This document shows, piece after piece, positions 21,874-31,450 of a DNA stretch of 61,871 bases (the stretch's first letter is position 1; every line of letters begins with the position of its first letter). Location: contig JAQCEL010000003.1 in the NCBI GenBank assembly GCA_027618655.1, positions 1 to 61,871 of the forward strand, in the 5' to 3' direction. This DNA comes from Pseudomonadota bacterium. GTDB lineage: Bacteria; Pseudomonadota; Gammaproteobacteria; Ga0077536. The notes under the pieces are model-generated. The model saw only the letters and a list, made by a program, of their open reading frames with translations. It did no database searches and was not told the origin of the DNA. Position numbers and translations under genes: made by a program.

Positions 21874-23248
21874 TTTCGTCGCATAATTCTCCGCGCAGCG
21901 AATTCGGTAATACGGCGGCAATTTTCACGTCAGTAAAATCGCCAATCAATGACTTTGGTCCGACGAAATTAACAACACGGTTATTTTCCGTTCTGCCGCA
22001 AAGTTCGCTTATATTCTTTTTCGCGTGGCCAGTAACTAAAACTTTTTGTCGCGTTCCAATCATCGCAATACTTTTCTCATTCCCTAACTCGATAATTCGT
22101 CGCTGTAAGATTGCGAGGCGATGCTTTTTCTCTGCGGGGCTTACATCGTCGGGTAAATTAGCGGCTGGCGTCCCGGGTCGCGAGCTATAAACGAAGCTAA
22201 ACGAATGATCGAATTTGACTTTATCGACGAGTGCCATCGTTGCAGCAAAATCACTCGCAGTTTCTCCAGGAAACCCCACAATGAAATCAGTGGATATTGA
22301 AATTCCGGGTCGTGCTTGGCGGAGCTTTCTTATTTTCGACAAGTATTCGAGCGTGGTGTGACCTCGTTTCATTCGCGCGAGGATCCGGTCCGAGCCACTT
22401 TGCACGGGCAAATGTACGTGACTCACTAACTTAGGAACATCAGCGTAGGCTTCGATTAATCGATCACTAAACTCGACGGGATGCGAGGTGGTATATCGGA
22501 TCCGTTCAATTCCATCGATGGACCCGATATATCGGATCAAGGTCGCGAGATCCGCGATTTTCTGGTTGTGCATTTGGCCTCGATAAGCATTCACATTTTG
22601 TCCTAGCAATGTGACTTCACGAACGCCTTGTTCGCTCAAGGCGAAGACTTCGGCAAGCACGCCATCTAGTGGGCGGCTAAATTCTTCTCCACGTGTGTAT
22701 GGGACAACGCAAAAGCTACAGTATTTGGAACACCCTTCCATAATCGATACAAATGCGGTCGGCCCTTCGGCGTGAGCTTCTGGCAGCCGATCGAATTTTT
22801 CTATTTCCGGAAACGAAATATCGATCACGTGTTTTTCGTTTATTTGCGCGCGATCCACGAGCTGGGGTAAGCGATGCAAGGTTTGTGGTCCGAAGATCAG
22901 ATCCACGTAAGGCGCGCGCTCCCATATTAACGCACCTTCCTGAGTCGCAACGCACCCGCCAACCCCAATTAGAATATTTGGATTAGATTCTTTCAGCGCG
23001 CGCCATCGACCCAGTTCTGAAAACATTTTCTCTTGGGCTTTTTCTCGAATCGAACAGGTATTCATCAACAATAGATCGGCATCCTCAGCCCGGGCGACTT
23101 GCTCGTAGCCTCGGTCTTGGGTCATGAGTTGGATCATTTGATGAGAGTCGTACTCGTTCATCTGGCAGCCGAAGGTCTTTACGAAGAGCTGCTTTTTATG
23201 AGGCTGGGGCATTCGGAATTTAGCTATCTGTTCAATTATAGCGCGCAT
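21851..23248 (-). CDS. miaB: tRNA-i6A37 methylthiotransferase MiaB
   Basis: Contains the UPF0004 motif [11 protein letters not shown], the radical-SAM cluster motif [11 protein letters not shown] and a TRAM C-terminus. The start could be at 23248 or 23212. Confidence 0.95.
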   Translation of the reverse strand: MRAIIEQIAKFRMPQPHKKQLFVKTFGCQMNEYDSHQMIQLMTQDRGYEQVARAEDADLLLMNTCSIREKAQEKMFSELGRWRALKESNPNILIGVGGCVATQEGALIWERAPYVDLIFGPQTLHRLPQLVDRAQINEKHVIDISFPEIEKFDRLPEAHAEGPTAFVSIMEGCSKYCSFCVVPYTRGEEFSRPLDGVLAEVFALSEQGVREVTLLGQNVNAYRGQMHNQKIADLATLIRYIGSIDGIERIRYTTSHPVEFSDRLIEAYADVPKLVSHVHLPVQSGSDRILARMKRGHTTLEYLSKIRKLRQARPGISISTDFIVGFPGETASDFAATMALVDKVKFDHSFSFVYSSRPGTPAANLPDDVSPAEKKHRLAILQRRIIELGNEKSIAMIGTRQKVLVTGHAKKNISELCGRTENNRVVNFVGPKSLIGDFTDVKIAAVLPNSLRGELCDESEPECQI

Positions 23249-23307
23249 TATCCTTGCATCGCCGCGCCAATCAAGCAGCTATTGCACGTGGTGACGCGCG
23301 CAGGTGC

Positions 23308-24012
23308 TCAGGTGTTTCGATTGGTTGCGAATCGGCGGTACGCAGACCACGTGTATAGGAACAGAAAAATAGCAATATAAAGTTCTTGCGATTCCTTCAA
23401 ATTTACCGCGAGAAAACCCCACTCTAGGTCGAACCAAGTTTTGAACCGTTCGACAAGGCGTATGCCAAATACGAAAATCGCCGCTGGAACACATACCAAG
23501 GTGGGGGTTGCGGTAGCCCAAAATCCGTGACTGCGCGCGCTCTTAACCTGTCTGCACGGCATTATGATCCCACCGATAATAATGGCCAGGGTTAGTATCG
23601 ATTTCACGACCCGGCCGAAATGTATGTTTATGTTATGAAGATTTGTTTCGCCTTGACGATTGTGCTCAATGAAGAATTCCGACGATTGCCAACCCAACCA
23701 ATGCTGACCCCAACTAACTTCCTCGCCCGCAAAACCGAAACAGAGTCCTGCAACGCATATAAACCAGACGCACAACATAGGGCCAAAGCGTCGATAGCAT
23801 CGCAGGGCAACAACGAACGCGAAATAGGCCGCGGGCAGTAGCAAAAGAACAGTGGCATTCTCAACAAAACCCGCTTCGGATTCTATCCATCGTGAGAAAA
23901 GCACATCTTGCGAATCAAACTGACGAACACAAAGATGCACCACAAGCGGCACGGGTACCGCCCATAGGTACAATCCACGCGGTAACTCGACGCTGCGTTG
24001 GTTAGTCGCCAT
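23308..24012 (-). CDS. Hypothetical polytopic membrane protein
   Basis: 234 aa with about 6 hydrophobic segments and the motif GEEVSWGQHWLGW. Its start overlaps the panC stop by 11 nt. I recognise no family. Confidence 0.6.
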   Translation of the reverse strand: MATNQRSVELPRGLYLWAVPVPLVVHLCVRQFDSQDVLFSRWIESEAGFVENATVLLLLPAAYFAFVVALRCYRRFGPMLCVWFICVAGLCFGFAGEEVSWGQHWLGWQSSEFFIEHNRQGETNLHNINIHFGRVVKSILTLAIIIGGIIMPCRQVKSARSHGFWATATPTLVCVPAAIFVFGIRLVERFKTWFDLEWGFLAVNLKESQELYIAIFLFLYTWSAYRRFATNRNT

Positions 24013-24859
24013 CCGCGTTTACTTGAACATTGTCTATCAAGCGAGCTTTGCCGAGCCACGCTGCAACAAGAATCGATAGATCGTTGTCTGCTTCGTTTGC
24101 CTCCTCGAGGTCAGCGGTCCGTCTTATGCTGAAATACTCCGGCTTAAATCCGGCTTCGCGCAAGCTTGCGATTGCGTTGTTTTCGATCGATCGAAATGCC
24201 TGTTTCCCTTCTAGGATCGCAGCGCGTGCGGCGAGTAAGTTCTGATGAATTTTCGGGGCAAGACTACGCTCTGCCGCGCTCAAATAGCCGTTTCGAGAAC
24301 TCATCGCCAAGCCATCGGCTTCACGAATAATTGGTCGCCCGATAATTTCTATGGGGATACATAAATCATCAACCATGCGTCGAATGACTTTCAGTTGTTG
24401 TAGATCTTTTTCGCCGAACAATGCGCAATCTGGCTGAACGCTGAAGAATAATTTTGTTACTACCGTGGCGACACCGGAAAAATGCCCGGGACGAAATTCA
24501 CCACATAAGATAGTCGATAGTCCAGGAACCGTGACGCGAGTATCTTCTTCGGTTCCACCAGGGTAAAGGTCGCGCAAATTCGGTGCGAACAAGACATCCA
24601 ACCCGCAACGCGCCAACTTCTCTTGGTCGGACTGCAGAGTACTCGGGTATTTTGCGTAATCTTCGCCTTGTCCAAACTGAATCGGATTAACGAAGATACT
24701 AACAATTGTTCGATCAGCAAGTTCGTTGGCCCGTTGCAGCAGAGAAAGATGCCCATCATGTAGATTGCCCATCGTTGGAACGAATGCAATACGTTCGCCG
24801 CGCCTTCGCCATTGTGCAACCACGGGGCGCAAGTCCGCCGTGCTAAAAATTGTTTCCAT
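24002..24859 (-). CDS. panC: Pantoate-beta-alanine ligase
   Basis: Contains the PTMGNLHDGHLSL (HIGH-like) motif and a FGEKDLQQ motif. The likely start is METIFST at 24859; the ORF track extends it to 24940. Confidence 0.93.
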   Translation of the reverse strand: METIFSTADLRPVVAQWRRRGERIAFVPTMGNLHDGHLSLLQRANELADRTIVSIFVNPIQFGQGEDYAKYPSTLQSDQEKLARCGLDVLFAPNLRDLYPGGTEEDTRVTVPGLSTILCGEFRPGHFSGVATVVTKLFFSVQPDCALFGEKDLQQLKVIRRMVDDLCIPIEIIGRPIIREADGLAMSSRNGYLSAAERSLAPKIHQNLLAARAAILEGKQAFRSIENNAIASLREAGFKPEYFSIRRTADLEEANEADNDLSILVAAWLGKARLIDNVQVNADGD

Positions 24860-25000
24860 AGTGAAATTAAGAATTTTTATAATGGGTTGACTGGCGCATT
24901 CTATCGTTAAACCAAAGACTCGGGTCGAATTTTCAAACACGGGCTAACTCAGATATTTGGCCATTGTGCCTCGCCGGATCTACGCCGATCGTTGGGGTAG

Positions 25001-25663
25001 CTAAACCGCTATATCTAAGTATCGCGTACCGCTCACGCCAGCATCAATTTCGCGAACTAAGCTTGCGAAGTTCTCGTCACTGTCCACGAAATTAATATTT
25101 TCGGTATCAACAACAAGTACTGGTGAACGGCTGAAATTTCTAAAAAACCGAACGTATGCTCCGGCCAAGCGTTCTAGATAATCACCTCCCATGTTTTGCT
25201 CATAGCTAATCCCGCGTTGAGCGATCCGATTCAACAGACTTGGGATCCTCGCGTGTAAATAAATGACCAAATCCGGATCCGGCACGGTTTCAACAACTCG
25301 GTCGTAGAGCAAGCAATACATTTCGAACTCGGATTGATCTAGGATTAACTCGGCGAACAGGCGATCTTTGTCGAGCATATAATCACTTATGTAGATAGGG
25401 ATGAACAGATCGTTTTGGTGGAAGCGCTGTAGCTGTCGAACCCGCTGAAATAGAAAGTGCAGTTGCGTCGGCAGCCCAAACCGCTTTGGGTCGGCGTAGA
25501 ATTTTTCCAAAAACGGATTATCTGCTGGGTCCTCCAACATCAACTCAGTGCCATAATGTTGCCCAAGGCGGCGCGCCAACGTCGTTTTACCGACACCGAT
25601 CGGCCCTTCGACGGCTAGTATTCGAACGGGCTGGGATCCTAATTCTAAGTTCGAATTACTCAT
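25001..25663 (-). CDS. Deoxynucleoside kinase family protein
   Basis: 220 aa with the P-loop EGPIGVGKTTLARRL and dNK-like features (NPFLEKFY, a DR.. segment, a LID-like RIAQRGISYEQ). It overlaps folK by 8 nt. Confidence 0.75.
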   Translation of the reverse strand: MSNSNLELGSQPVRILAVEGPIGVGKTTLARRLGQHYGTELMLEDPADNPFLEKFYADPKRFGLPTQLHFLFQRVRQLQRFHQNDLFIPIYISDYMLDKDRLFAELILDQSEFEMYCLLYDRVVETVPDPDLVIYLHARIPSLLNRIAQRGISYEQNMGGDYLERLAGAYVRFFRNFSRSPVLVVDTENINFVDSDENFASLVREIDAGVSGTRYLDIAV

Positions 25664-26159
25664 TGTCGATACGTTGCAGATCGCCGGACGTCAGGCGTCT
25701 AGCCATATCCGCCGCGGTAATACCGTTCGGCAAGATGAGATCGGGCGCTATTTCCGCCAACGGCACGACGACAAATGAACGTTGCAGGATCCCAAGGTGT
25801 GGAACGGTCAAGTCAGCTGAGTGGATCTCGATTTCGCCGAACAGCAGGATATCGAGATCGAGCATTCGCGGCCCCCAATGAATATCGCTGGGGACTCTAC
25901 CGTGTGCGTTTTCGATATCTTGCAAGCGGCCCAACAGCTCGCGGCAATCGAGTTTGGTCGATAATCGAATGACGGCGTTAACGTAGTTCGGCTGATCGAC
26001 TGGGCCCATCGGTGGGCTCGTGTAAAGTGACGATTGGCTCTCAACTTTCCAGTCGCTGGCGCGAACCATCGCCATGATGGCGCTACGCACTTGGGTGACG
26101 GGATCGTTTAAATTGCTGCCGACGCCGATAAACGCGCTAGCCGGTTTGGGAGACAACAA
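25656..26159 (-). CDS. folK: 2-amino-4-hydroxy-6-hydroxymethyldihydropteridine pyrophosphokinase
   Basis: 167 aa resembling HPPK (IGVGSNL.., GPRMLDLDILLFG, VPHLGI..RSFVVVPLAEI). It is downstream of pcnB, as in E. coli and Pseudomonas. Confidence 0.92.
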   Translation of the reverse strand: MLSPKPASAFIGVGSNLNDPVTQVRSAIMAMVRASDWKVESQSSLYTSPPMGPVDQPNYVNAVIRLSTKLDCRELLGRLQDIENAHGRVPSDIHWGPRMLDLDILLFGEIEIHSADLTVPHLGILQRSFVVVPLAEIAPDLILPNGITAADMARRLTSGDLQRIDNE

Positions 26160-26176
26160 ATGTGATACGTCTGTGA

Positions 26177-27535
26177 CTAGTCGGCGGATTTTCGACGTGG
26201 CGAGCGCGAGCGCCGGTGATTTTTCTTCGCTGGCTGGTGCAGCGTCGCGAGCATCGTTTCGCGGCCATCGTCGTCAGTATCTTGCAGATCCGTCCACCAC
26301 TGGGCAATGTCTGACAGCGGTTCGCCCGCGCGCGCGCGCAAAAGTAAGAAGTCGTAAGCGGCGCGAAATCTAGGATGGTCGAGTAATTTGTCCGCGCGTT
26401 TGCGAGTTGGTCGACACAATCGGGACTGAAAGAGCCAAATTTCCCGCGCTACGGTCGTAAATCGCCGTGGTATCGCGACCCGCCTAACTTGTTCGCTTAT
26501 TACGTCATCCGCCGCCATGCTAAACGCCTCGATCTCATTGACGTCATCTGCAATTAGACTGCTGAATCGCGCCTGGAGCGCTCCCCATAGAATCGCCGCA
26601 AAAATGAAAGCCGGATTAACCGATTTATCGTCGGCTAATCGCTGATCGGTGTTGCGCATCGATTCGATCACGAGATTGTAGGAATGTGGATCCGGTTCGA
26701 ATGTCTGAGCTGCTTGCGGAAAAAGATGCGCGAACAAACCCGTTTCATGCAGGGATTCGAACGTTTTCAGACCGTGACCGGAGTGAAACATCTTCAGTGA
26801 TTCATCGAATAATCGCGCCGGGGCGATCTCTTTCAGCAAGTCGCCGTATCGATCGAATGCTTCAAGGGTCGCATCGTCTACGTCGAAGTCTAATTTCGAG
26901 GCGAAGCGAATAGCGCGCAGCATCCGCACCGGATCTTCACGGTAACGCAACGCAGGATCACCGATTAAACGCAGACGACGGTGCGTGATGTCCTCCACAC
27001 CGCCAACGTAATCGACGATCGAGAAATCGTTAATGTCGTAATAGAGCGCGTTTACGGTGAAATCGCGACGCCACACGTCGTCGTGCAGCTCGCCGTACAC
27101 GTTATCTCTCAGAATGCGACCACCATCATTGATCGAAGCGCCATCTTCGTCACCGTCATGGCCGGCACGGAAAGTTGCAACTTCGATTATTTCACGGCCA
27201 AAGCGAACGTGAGCAAGTCGAAAACGACGTCCGATCAAGCGACTATTACGAAACAGGTCGCGGATCTCTTCAGGGTGGGCGTTGGTCGCGATGTCAAAGT
27301 CTTTTGGTAGGCGTTCGAGTAATATGTCGCGTACGGCGCCGCCAACCAAATAAGCTTTGAATCCTGCGTTATTTAATCGATACAGGACTTTAAGGGCGCC
27401 TTCGGATATATATCGCCGCGATACAGAATGTTCACCGCGCGAATATATTCGAGGCGCTTGCGATCTGATCGGATCGGTCGTTGCTGGATTTCGGGTCGAA
27501 CCCGAACGTTTAAATAGGTTGGTTAAAAAACTCAA
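26177..27535 (-). CDS. pcnB: Poly(A) polymerase I
   Basis: 452 aa with the nucleotidyltransferase motif YLVGGAVRDILL..PKDFDIAT and a basic C-terminal tail. The pcnB-folK order is canonical. Confidence 0.93.
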   Translation of the reverse strand: MSFLTNLFKRSGSTRNPATTDPIRSQAPRIYSRGEHSVSRRYISEGALKVLYRLNNAGFKAYLVGGAVRDILLERLPKDFDIATNAHPEEIRDLFRNSRLIGRRFRLAHVRFGREIIEVATFRAGHDGDEDGASINDGGRILRDNVYGELHDDVWRRDFTVNALYYDINDFSIVDYVGGVEDITHRRLRLIGDPALRYREDPVRMLRAIRFASKLDFDVDDATLEAFDRYGDLLKEIAPARLFDESLKMFHSGHGLKTFESLHETGLFAHLFPQAAQTFEPDPHSYNLVIESMRNTDQRLADDKSVNPAFIFAAILWGALQARFSSLIADDVNEIEAFSMAADDVISEQVRRVAIPRRFTTVAREIWLFQSRLCRPTRKRADKLLDHPRFRAAYDFLLLRARAGEPLSDIAQWWTDLQDTDDDGRETMLATLHQPAKKNHRRSRSPRRKSAD

Positions 27536-27546
27536 TTGAATTCCGG

Positions 27547-27574
27547 TTGTTGCGACCGTGCTGGACCTTATAAT
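27547..27574 (+). promoter_or_regulatory. Putative promoter of tRNA-Glu
   Basis: A consensus -10 TATAAT (27569-27574) lies 17 nt before the mature tRNA 5' end. A possible -35 TTGTTG (27547-27552) sits at a 16-nt spacer. Confidence 0.45.
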
Positions 27575-27591
27575 AGCACCAGTTTGTATCC

Positions 27592-27667
27592 GCTCCCTTC
27601 GTCTAGTGGACTAGGACGTCGGCCTCTCACGCCGAAAACAGGGGTTCAATTCCCCTAGGGAGCGCCA
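27592..27667 (+). tRNA. tRNA-Glu (anticodon CTC)
   Basis: The 76-nt cloverleaf was folded by hand. The acceptor stem is GCTCCCT/AGGGAGC and the D arm is GTC..GAC. The anticodon stem TCGGC/GCCGA carries the loop CT-CTC-AC. The T arm is AGGGG-TTCAATT-CCCCT, followed by discriminator G and an encoded CCA. It is close to E. coli tRNA-Glu. Confidence 0.93.
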
Positions 27668-27834
27668 ATTCCAATTTCATGCGAGCCACATGACGCCAGC
27701 CAGTCTCCCGCAACCCCGGGCAGCGATGCGGCGATTAACCGTTGCATCGCGCGGCGTAAATCAACTTCGTCCTGGAATTGCTGACTAAGCCTCGAGACCT
27801 ATTTCGCTCTGCACGCAGGCAGGACCATAACAGA

Positions 27835-28266
27835 ATGTTGCCAAAGCATCCGCCATCCAACTCGTTCCCGTCATTAGCACGCCAGTTCGCAGCCATCCTG
27901 TACGACCTGATTGCATTAGCCGGGATCTGGTTCTTCGCTGCGTTGGTCGTCGTCATTTCACGCAAAGGAGCGGCCATCGAGCCAGGGAATATACTTTTTA
28001 CCGCGTATTTACTCGCCACGGCGTATGCCTACTTTGGGTTTTGCTGGACGCGCACGGGGCAAACATTAGGCATGAAATCCTGGAAAATTAGGGTAGTTGG
28101 CAGCAATTGCGCAAGCCGCATTTCTTGGCGCCAGTCGGCACTGCGATTTTGTGGCGCACTGGTGTCCTGGAGTGTATTCGGTCTTGGATTCTTCTGGGTG
28201 CTAATTGATCGAAACCGTCGCTCGTGGCACGACCGCTTATCAACAACACGGTTAACCAACGTTTGA
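27835..28266 (+). CDS. RDD family membrane protein
   Basis: Contains R..YD, GQTLGMKSWKIRV and WHDRLSTTRL motifs and 3 TM segments. The ATG at 27835 is preferred over the upstream TTG at 27778. Confidence 0.8.
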   Translation: MLPKHPPSNSFPSLARQFAAILYDLIALAGIWFFAALVVVISRKGAAIEPGNILFTAYLLATAYAYFGFCWTRTGQTLGMKSWKIRVVGSNCASRISWRQSALRFCGALVSWSVFGLGFFWVLIDRNRRSWHDRLSTTRLTNV

Positions 28267-28297
28267 ATGGACCCAACGATGCAAACAAGTACCGAAT

Positions 28298-29362
28298 TCA
28301 AGCAGTTCGTATCAACATCACCGTGCCGATGACGCTCATCGAAAGCGCCGGCAAGGAGGCGCTGATTACGGGCGCGATATCGAACACAAGGCCGAGATGA
28401 CCTGCCGCTTGATTGACAAGATGAAAGCCAAGACCGATCAGCCCGCCGATTAGCACCCGCTGCCCGACACTCGATGAACGGTTAGCGCGCAGCACCATAG
28501 GAATCGATAGAAACACCATCACAGCACTCGCTAGCGGGTAGGTAACTTTGATCCACAAGGCTTGCTCGTAACGTTCCGCGGTTTGGCCGTTACTTTTGAG
28601 AAAGCGAATGTATTTAACTAAAGTCCACGCCGACAAAGTGTCGGGCTCAATGGCGACCATCGCGATTAAATCGGGCTGCAATAAGGAATCCCACGCTGCC
28701 TGCTCAATTTCGCGCTTCTGGATACTGTCTGTCGAGATAATGGTTTGCGCGATGCCTTCTAGGACCCATTTCCCGTTTGTATACCGTGCCTGATTAGCAT
28801 GGGTGCTCGTGCGCAGTTCACTATTGTCATCGAATTCGTAAATATAGATGTCCTTAATTTGGTTACCGGGCAGAATTTCTCGAATATTAATGTAGCTATT
28901 CGAATCGCGAGCCCAAAAGCCGTTACGCGTCTTTAGCGCGGTGCGGTCGTTAATCGCCGCAGAACGAAACTGACCTGCATAAGCCTGCGCCGGCGGCGCG
29001 ACGAATTCGCCTATTAATACAGCGATTGCGACGAACAGCGCGCCTGCTCTCATCACCGCGAAAACAACCCGCAACTTCGAGACCCCGGCACAGCGAATAA
29101 CCGTGATCTCTCCGTTACCGACCATCGTTCCCAAACCAAGTAGTGAACCAATTAGTGCCGCCATCGGAAATAGCTCGTAGGCTAGTCCGGGCGCGTTCAT
29201 GGCGACATAGAGCAATGCCTGCAGGATCCCGTAGGTGCCACGACCGATCTCTTCTAGCTCGTCGATGAAAGCGAAGAATGTAAAAATCGCAAGCAAGGCA
29301 AGGAGTACGGTCATCGTCGAGCCGACGACGTTGCTAGCAATATAACGATCGATCGTCTTCAC
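28298..29362 (-). CDS. lptG: LPS export ABC transporter permease LptG
   Basis: 354 aa of the YjgP/YjgQ family. The N-terminus DRYI...FAFIDELEEIG..YG and the LFPMAALIGSLLGLGTM segment match LptG rather than LptF. The start codon is GTG. Confidence 0.88.
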   Translation of the reverse strand: MKTIDRYIASNVVGSTMTVLLALLAIFTFFAFIDELEEIGRGTYGILQALLYVAMNAPGLAYELFPMAALIGSLLGLGTMVGNGEITVIRCAGVSKLRVVFAVMRAGALFVAIAVLIGEFVAPPAQAYAGQFRSAAINDRTALKTRNGFWARDSNSYINIREILPGNQIKDIYIYEFDDNSELRTSTHANQARYTNGKWVLEGIAQTIISTDSIQKREIEQAAWDSLLQPDLIAMVAIEPDTLSAWTLVKYIRFLKSNGQTAERYEQALWIKVTYPLASAVMVFLSIPMVLRANRSSSVGQRVLIGGLIGLGFHLVNQAAGHLGLVFDIAPVISASLPALSMSVIGTVMLIRTA

Positions 29363-29503
29363 GGCTTCACCACATTTACGCAGTCAGTTTTGCGCCTTTT
29401 GAGGCAAACGCATACACTTTCGCACCAGCCCAATTCACGCCCAGGCAAAACAACTCGGACGGAAGACCATGAGATCTTCGAACCGAAAACGGTGAGGTTA
29501 AAA

Positions 29504-31000
29504 ATGGAAATTGCTCTCAAACACGGTCCGCTGCCTAAATTGAAATCGGCGTGCATCATCACAGCGGTCCACAGCCCGAAAAGTCTTGGAAGCAGTGCTA
29601 CCATTCTCGACGGCCCGAGCCGCCAAACCTTGTCTACGCTGATTAAACGCGGTGATGTCAGCGGCAAACTTTCTGAAACCCTGTTGCTACCCAATATTTC
29701 CGGGATCGCGGCTGATCGCGTGCTACTCGTTGGTGCTGGAAAACGATCAGGAATCACGGCGGCAGAATACGTCAAGCTCGTGCGAAAAGCAGCCAGCGTG
29801 GTGATTGGTACGGGTCTCAAGAACGCCACATCAACGTTAACAGAAGTGGCGGTCGACGATCGGGATGACGCGTGGAAGGTCCAGCAACAAATCTTGGCAT
29901 TTGATGCTGCGGCTTATCGATTTGACGAATTCAAAACCGTGACAAAGTCGAAATCGGCGCAATTTTCGCGTTTAACGATCTACGTCGCCGCTGATGGCGA
30001 TAGTGCGGTTGAAAACGAAGTTAAATTCGGACAGTGCCTGGTTCACGGCCTCAAGCTGACGAAGGATCTAGCCAATAGTCCGGGGAACTACTGCACACCA
30101 CAGATTCTCGCCGAACGCGCAAAGCAGCTCGCGAAAGAGCATAAAAATCTCAAGGTCGATGTCCTAAATGAGGCCGCGATGGAAAAACTTGGCATGGGCG
30201 CTTTGCTGTCAGTTTCTAAAGGCAGTGAAGAGCCAGCCAAGCTCATCACGATTAAATACAACGGCGATAGCGGGCAATCTAAGCCGGTCGTGCTGGTTGG
30301 CAAAGGGGTCACGTTCGACTCCGGTGGCATCTCGCTGAAACCTGGGCCGCAAATGGACGAGATGAAATACGACATGTGTGGTGCGGCAACTGTGTTTGGC
30401 GTGATGTTGGCGATCGCACAAGCGCAATTGCCTATTAACGTCGTTGGCGTCGTACCTGCGACAGAGAATTTACCGGATGGCAAAGCGAGCAAACCAGGCG
30501 ACATTGTCACTAGCATGTCCGGCCAGACGATTGAGGTGCTCAATACGGACGCGGAAGGCCGCTTGATTTTGTGCGACGCCTTAACCTACAGCGCTCGATT
30601 CGATCCTGATGTCGTAGTGGACATCGCAACCTTAACGGGCGCCTGCATTATGGCGCTTGGTCATGCGACGTCGGCGCTGATGAGTAATAACGACGAATTA
30701 GCGGATAGTTTATATGCGGCTGGTCAGTTGAGTGGCGATCCTGCTTGGCGGCTGCCATTGTGGGATGTGTATCAGCAACAAATTGACAGCCCGTTCGCTG
30801 ATATGGCGAACGTCGGTGGTCGTGCGGCCGGGAGTATTACTGCTGCGTGCTTTTTGGCGCGCTATACAAAAAAATATCGCTGGGCCCATCTCGACATCGC
30901 AGGTACGGCGTGGAATAGCGCAAATCCGAAAGGTGCGACTGGCCGCCCGCTGACTTTGTTGGTCCAGTATTTACGCTCGCGAATCGCAGCAGCGAACTAA
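29504..31000 (+). CDS. pepA: Leucyl aminopeptidase PepA
   Basis: Contains the M17 signature NTDAEGRLILCDAL and the VGKGVTFDSGGISLKP motif. The likely start is MEIALKHG at 29504; the ORF track extends it to 29390. Confidence 0.94.
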   Translation: MEIALKHGPLPKLKSACIITAVHSPKSLGSSATILDGPSRQTLSTLIKRGDVSGKLSETLLLPNISGIAADRVLLVGAGKRSGITAAEYVKLVRKAASVVIGTGLKNATSTLTEVAVDDRDDAWKVQQQILAFDAAAYRFDEFKTVTKSKSAQFSRLTIYVAADGDSAVENEVKFGQCLVHGLKLTKDLANSPGNYCTPQILAERAKQLAKEHKNLKVDVLNEAAMEKLGMGALLSVSKGSEEPAKLITIKYNGDSGQSKPVVLVGKGVTFDSGGISLKPGPQMDEMKYDMCGAATVFGVMLAIAQAQLPINVVGVVPATENLPDGKASKPGDIVTSMSGQTIEVLNTDAEGRLILCDALTYSARFDPDVVVDIATLTGACIMALGHATSALMSNNDELADSLYAAGQLSGDPAWRLPLWDVYQQQIDSPFADMANVGGRAAGSITAACFLARYTKKYRWAHLDIAGTAWNSANPKGATGRPLTLLVQYLRSRIAAAN

Positions 31001-31009
31001 GCTTCGGCA

Positions 31010-31450
31010 ATGACCCGAGTCGATTTCTATGTGATGGACAATCCCAACCTCCGTCAACATGAGCAGCTCGTATGCAGACTTGCCGAAAAAGCTTGGGGCG
31101 AAGGGCACGCCGTGCACATTCGCTGCCCAAGCAGCGAAGCGGCTTGCTCGGTCGATAGCTTATTGTGGACCTACAAGGACACGTCGTTTTTGCCGCACGC
31201 AATGTTTGATTCACCAGACGCGGCGACGACAAAAATAACTATTGGCTTCGGCACGACCATACCCGTGATAAACGGCATATTGATCAATTTAGGTCCTGAC
31301 GTACCCGATTATTTCAGTCGCTTCGAGCGCGTCATGGAAACGACAGGCGGCGATAGTCTGGAGGTTACTGCGGCTCGAGCGCGCTATCGTTTCTACCAAG
31401 AGCGCGGGTACACGCTCAACACACATAAACTGGAAGCGCCGCGTGGTTGA
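31010..31450 (+). CDS. holC: DNA polymerase III chi subunit
   Basis: 146 aa beginning MTRVDFYV.., a chi-like fold signature, in the conserved pepA-holC-valS position. Confidence 0.88.
   Translation: MTRVDFYVMDNPNLRQHEQLVCRLAEKAWGEGHAVHIRCPSSEAACSVDSLLWTYKDTSFLPHAMFDSPDAATTKITIGFGTTIPVINGILINLGPDVPDYFSRFERVMETTGGDSLEVTAARARYRFYQERGYTLNTHKLEAPRG

Noticed and set aside
27723-27750. A hairpin (GCGATGC ... GCATCGC) 56 nt after tRNA-Glu, considered as a possible terminator.
   Set aside because: The loop is 14 nt and no T tract follows. It is too weak to call.
29390-29503. N-terminal extensions in the ORF track for pepA. Similar extensions appear for valS (31836), cysE (34875), sufA (36226), bamC (52511), the perM-like gene (56813) and panC (24940).
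   Set aside because: The extensions have no homology to the known N-termini of these families. Internal ATG codons reproduce the canonical N-terminal sequences or lipoprotein signal peptides.
29359-29829. A 156-aa minus-strand ORF whose TGA stop overlaps the GTG start of lptG. I considered it as a possible lptF remnant.
   Set aside because: The translation is not membrane-like and shows no YjgP/YjgQ similarity. It lies entirely antisense to the pepA 5' region and intergenic DNA, so it is most likely a shadow ORF.
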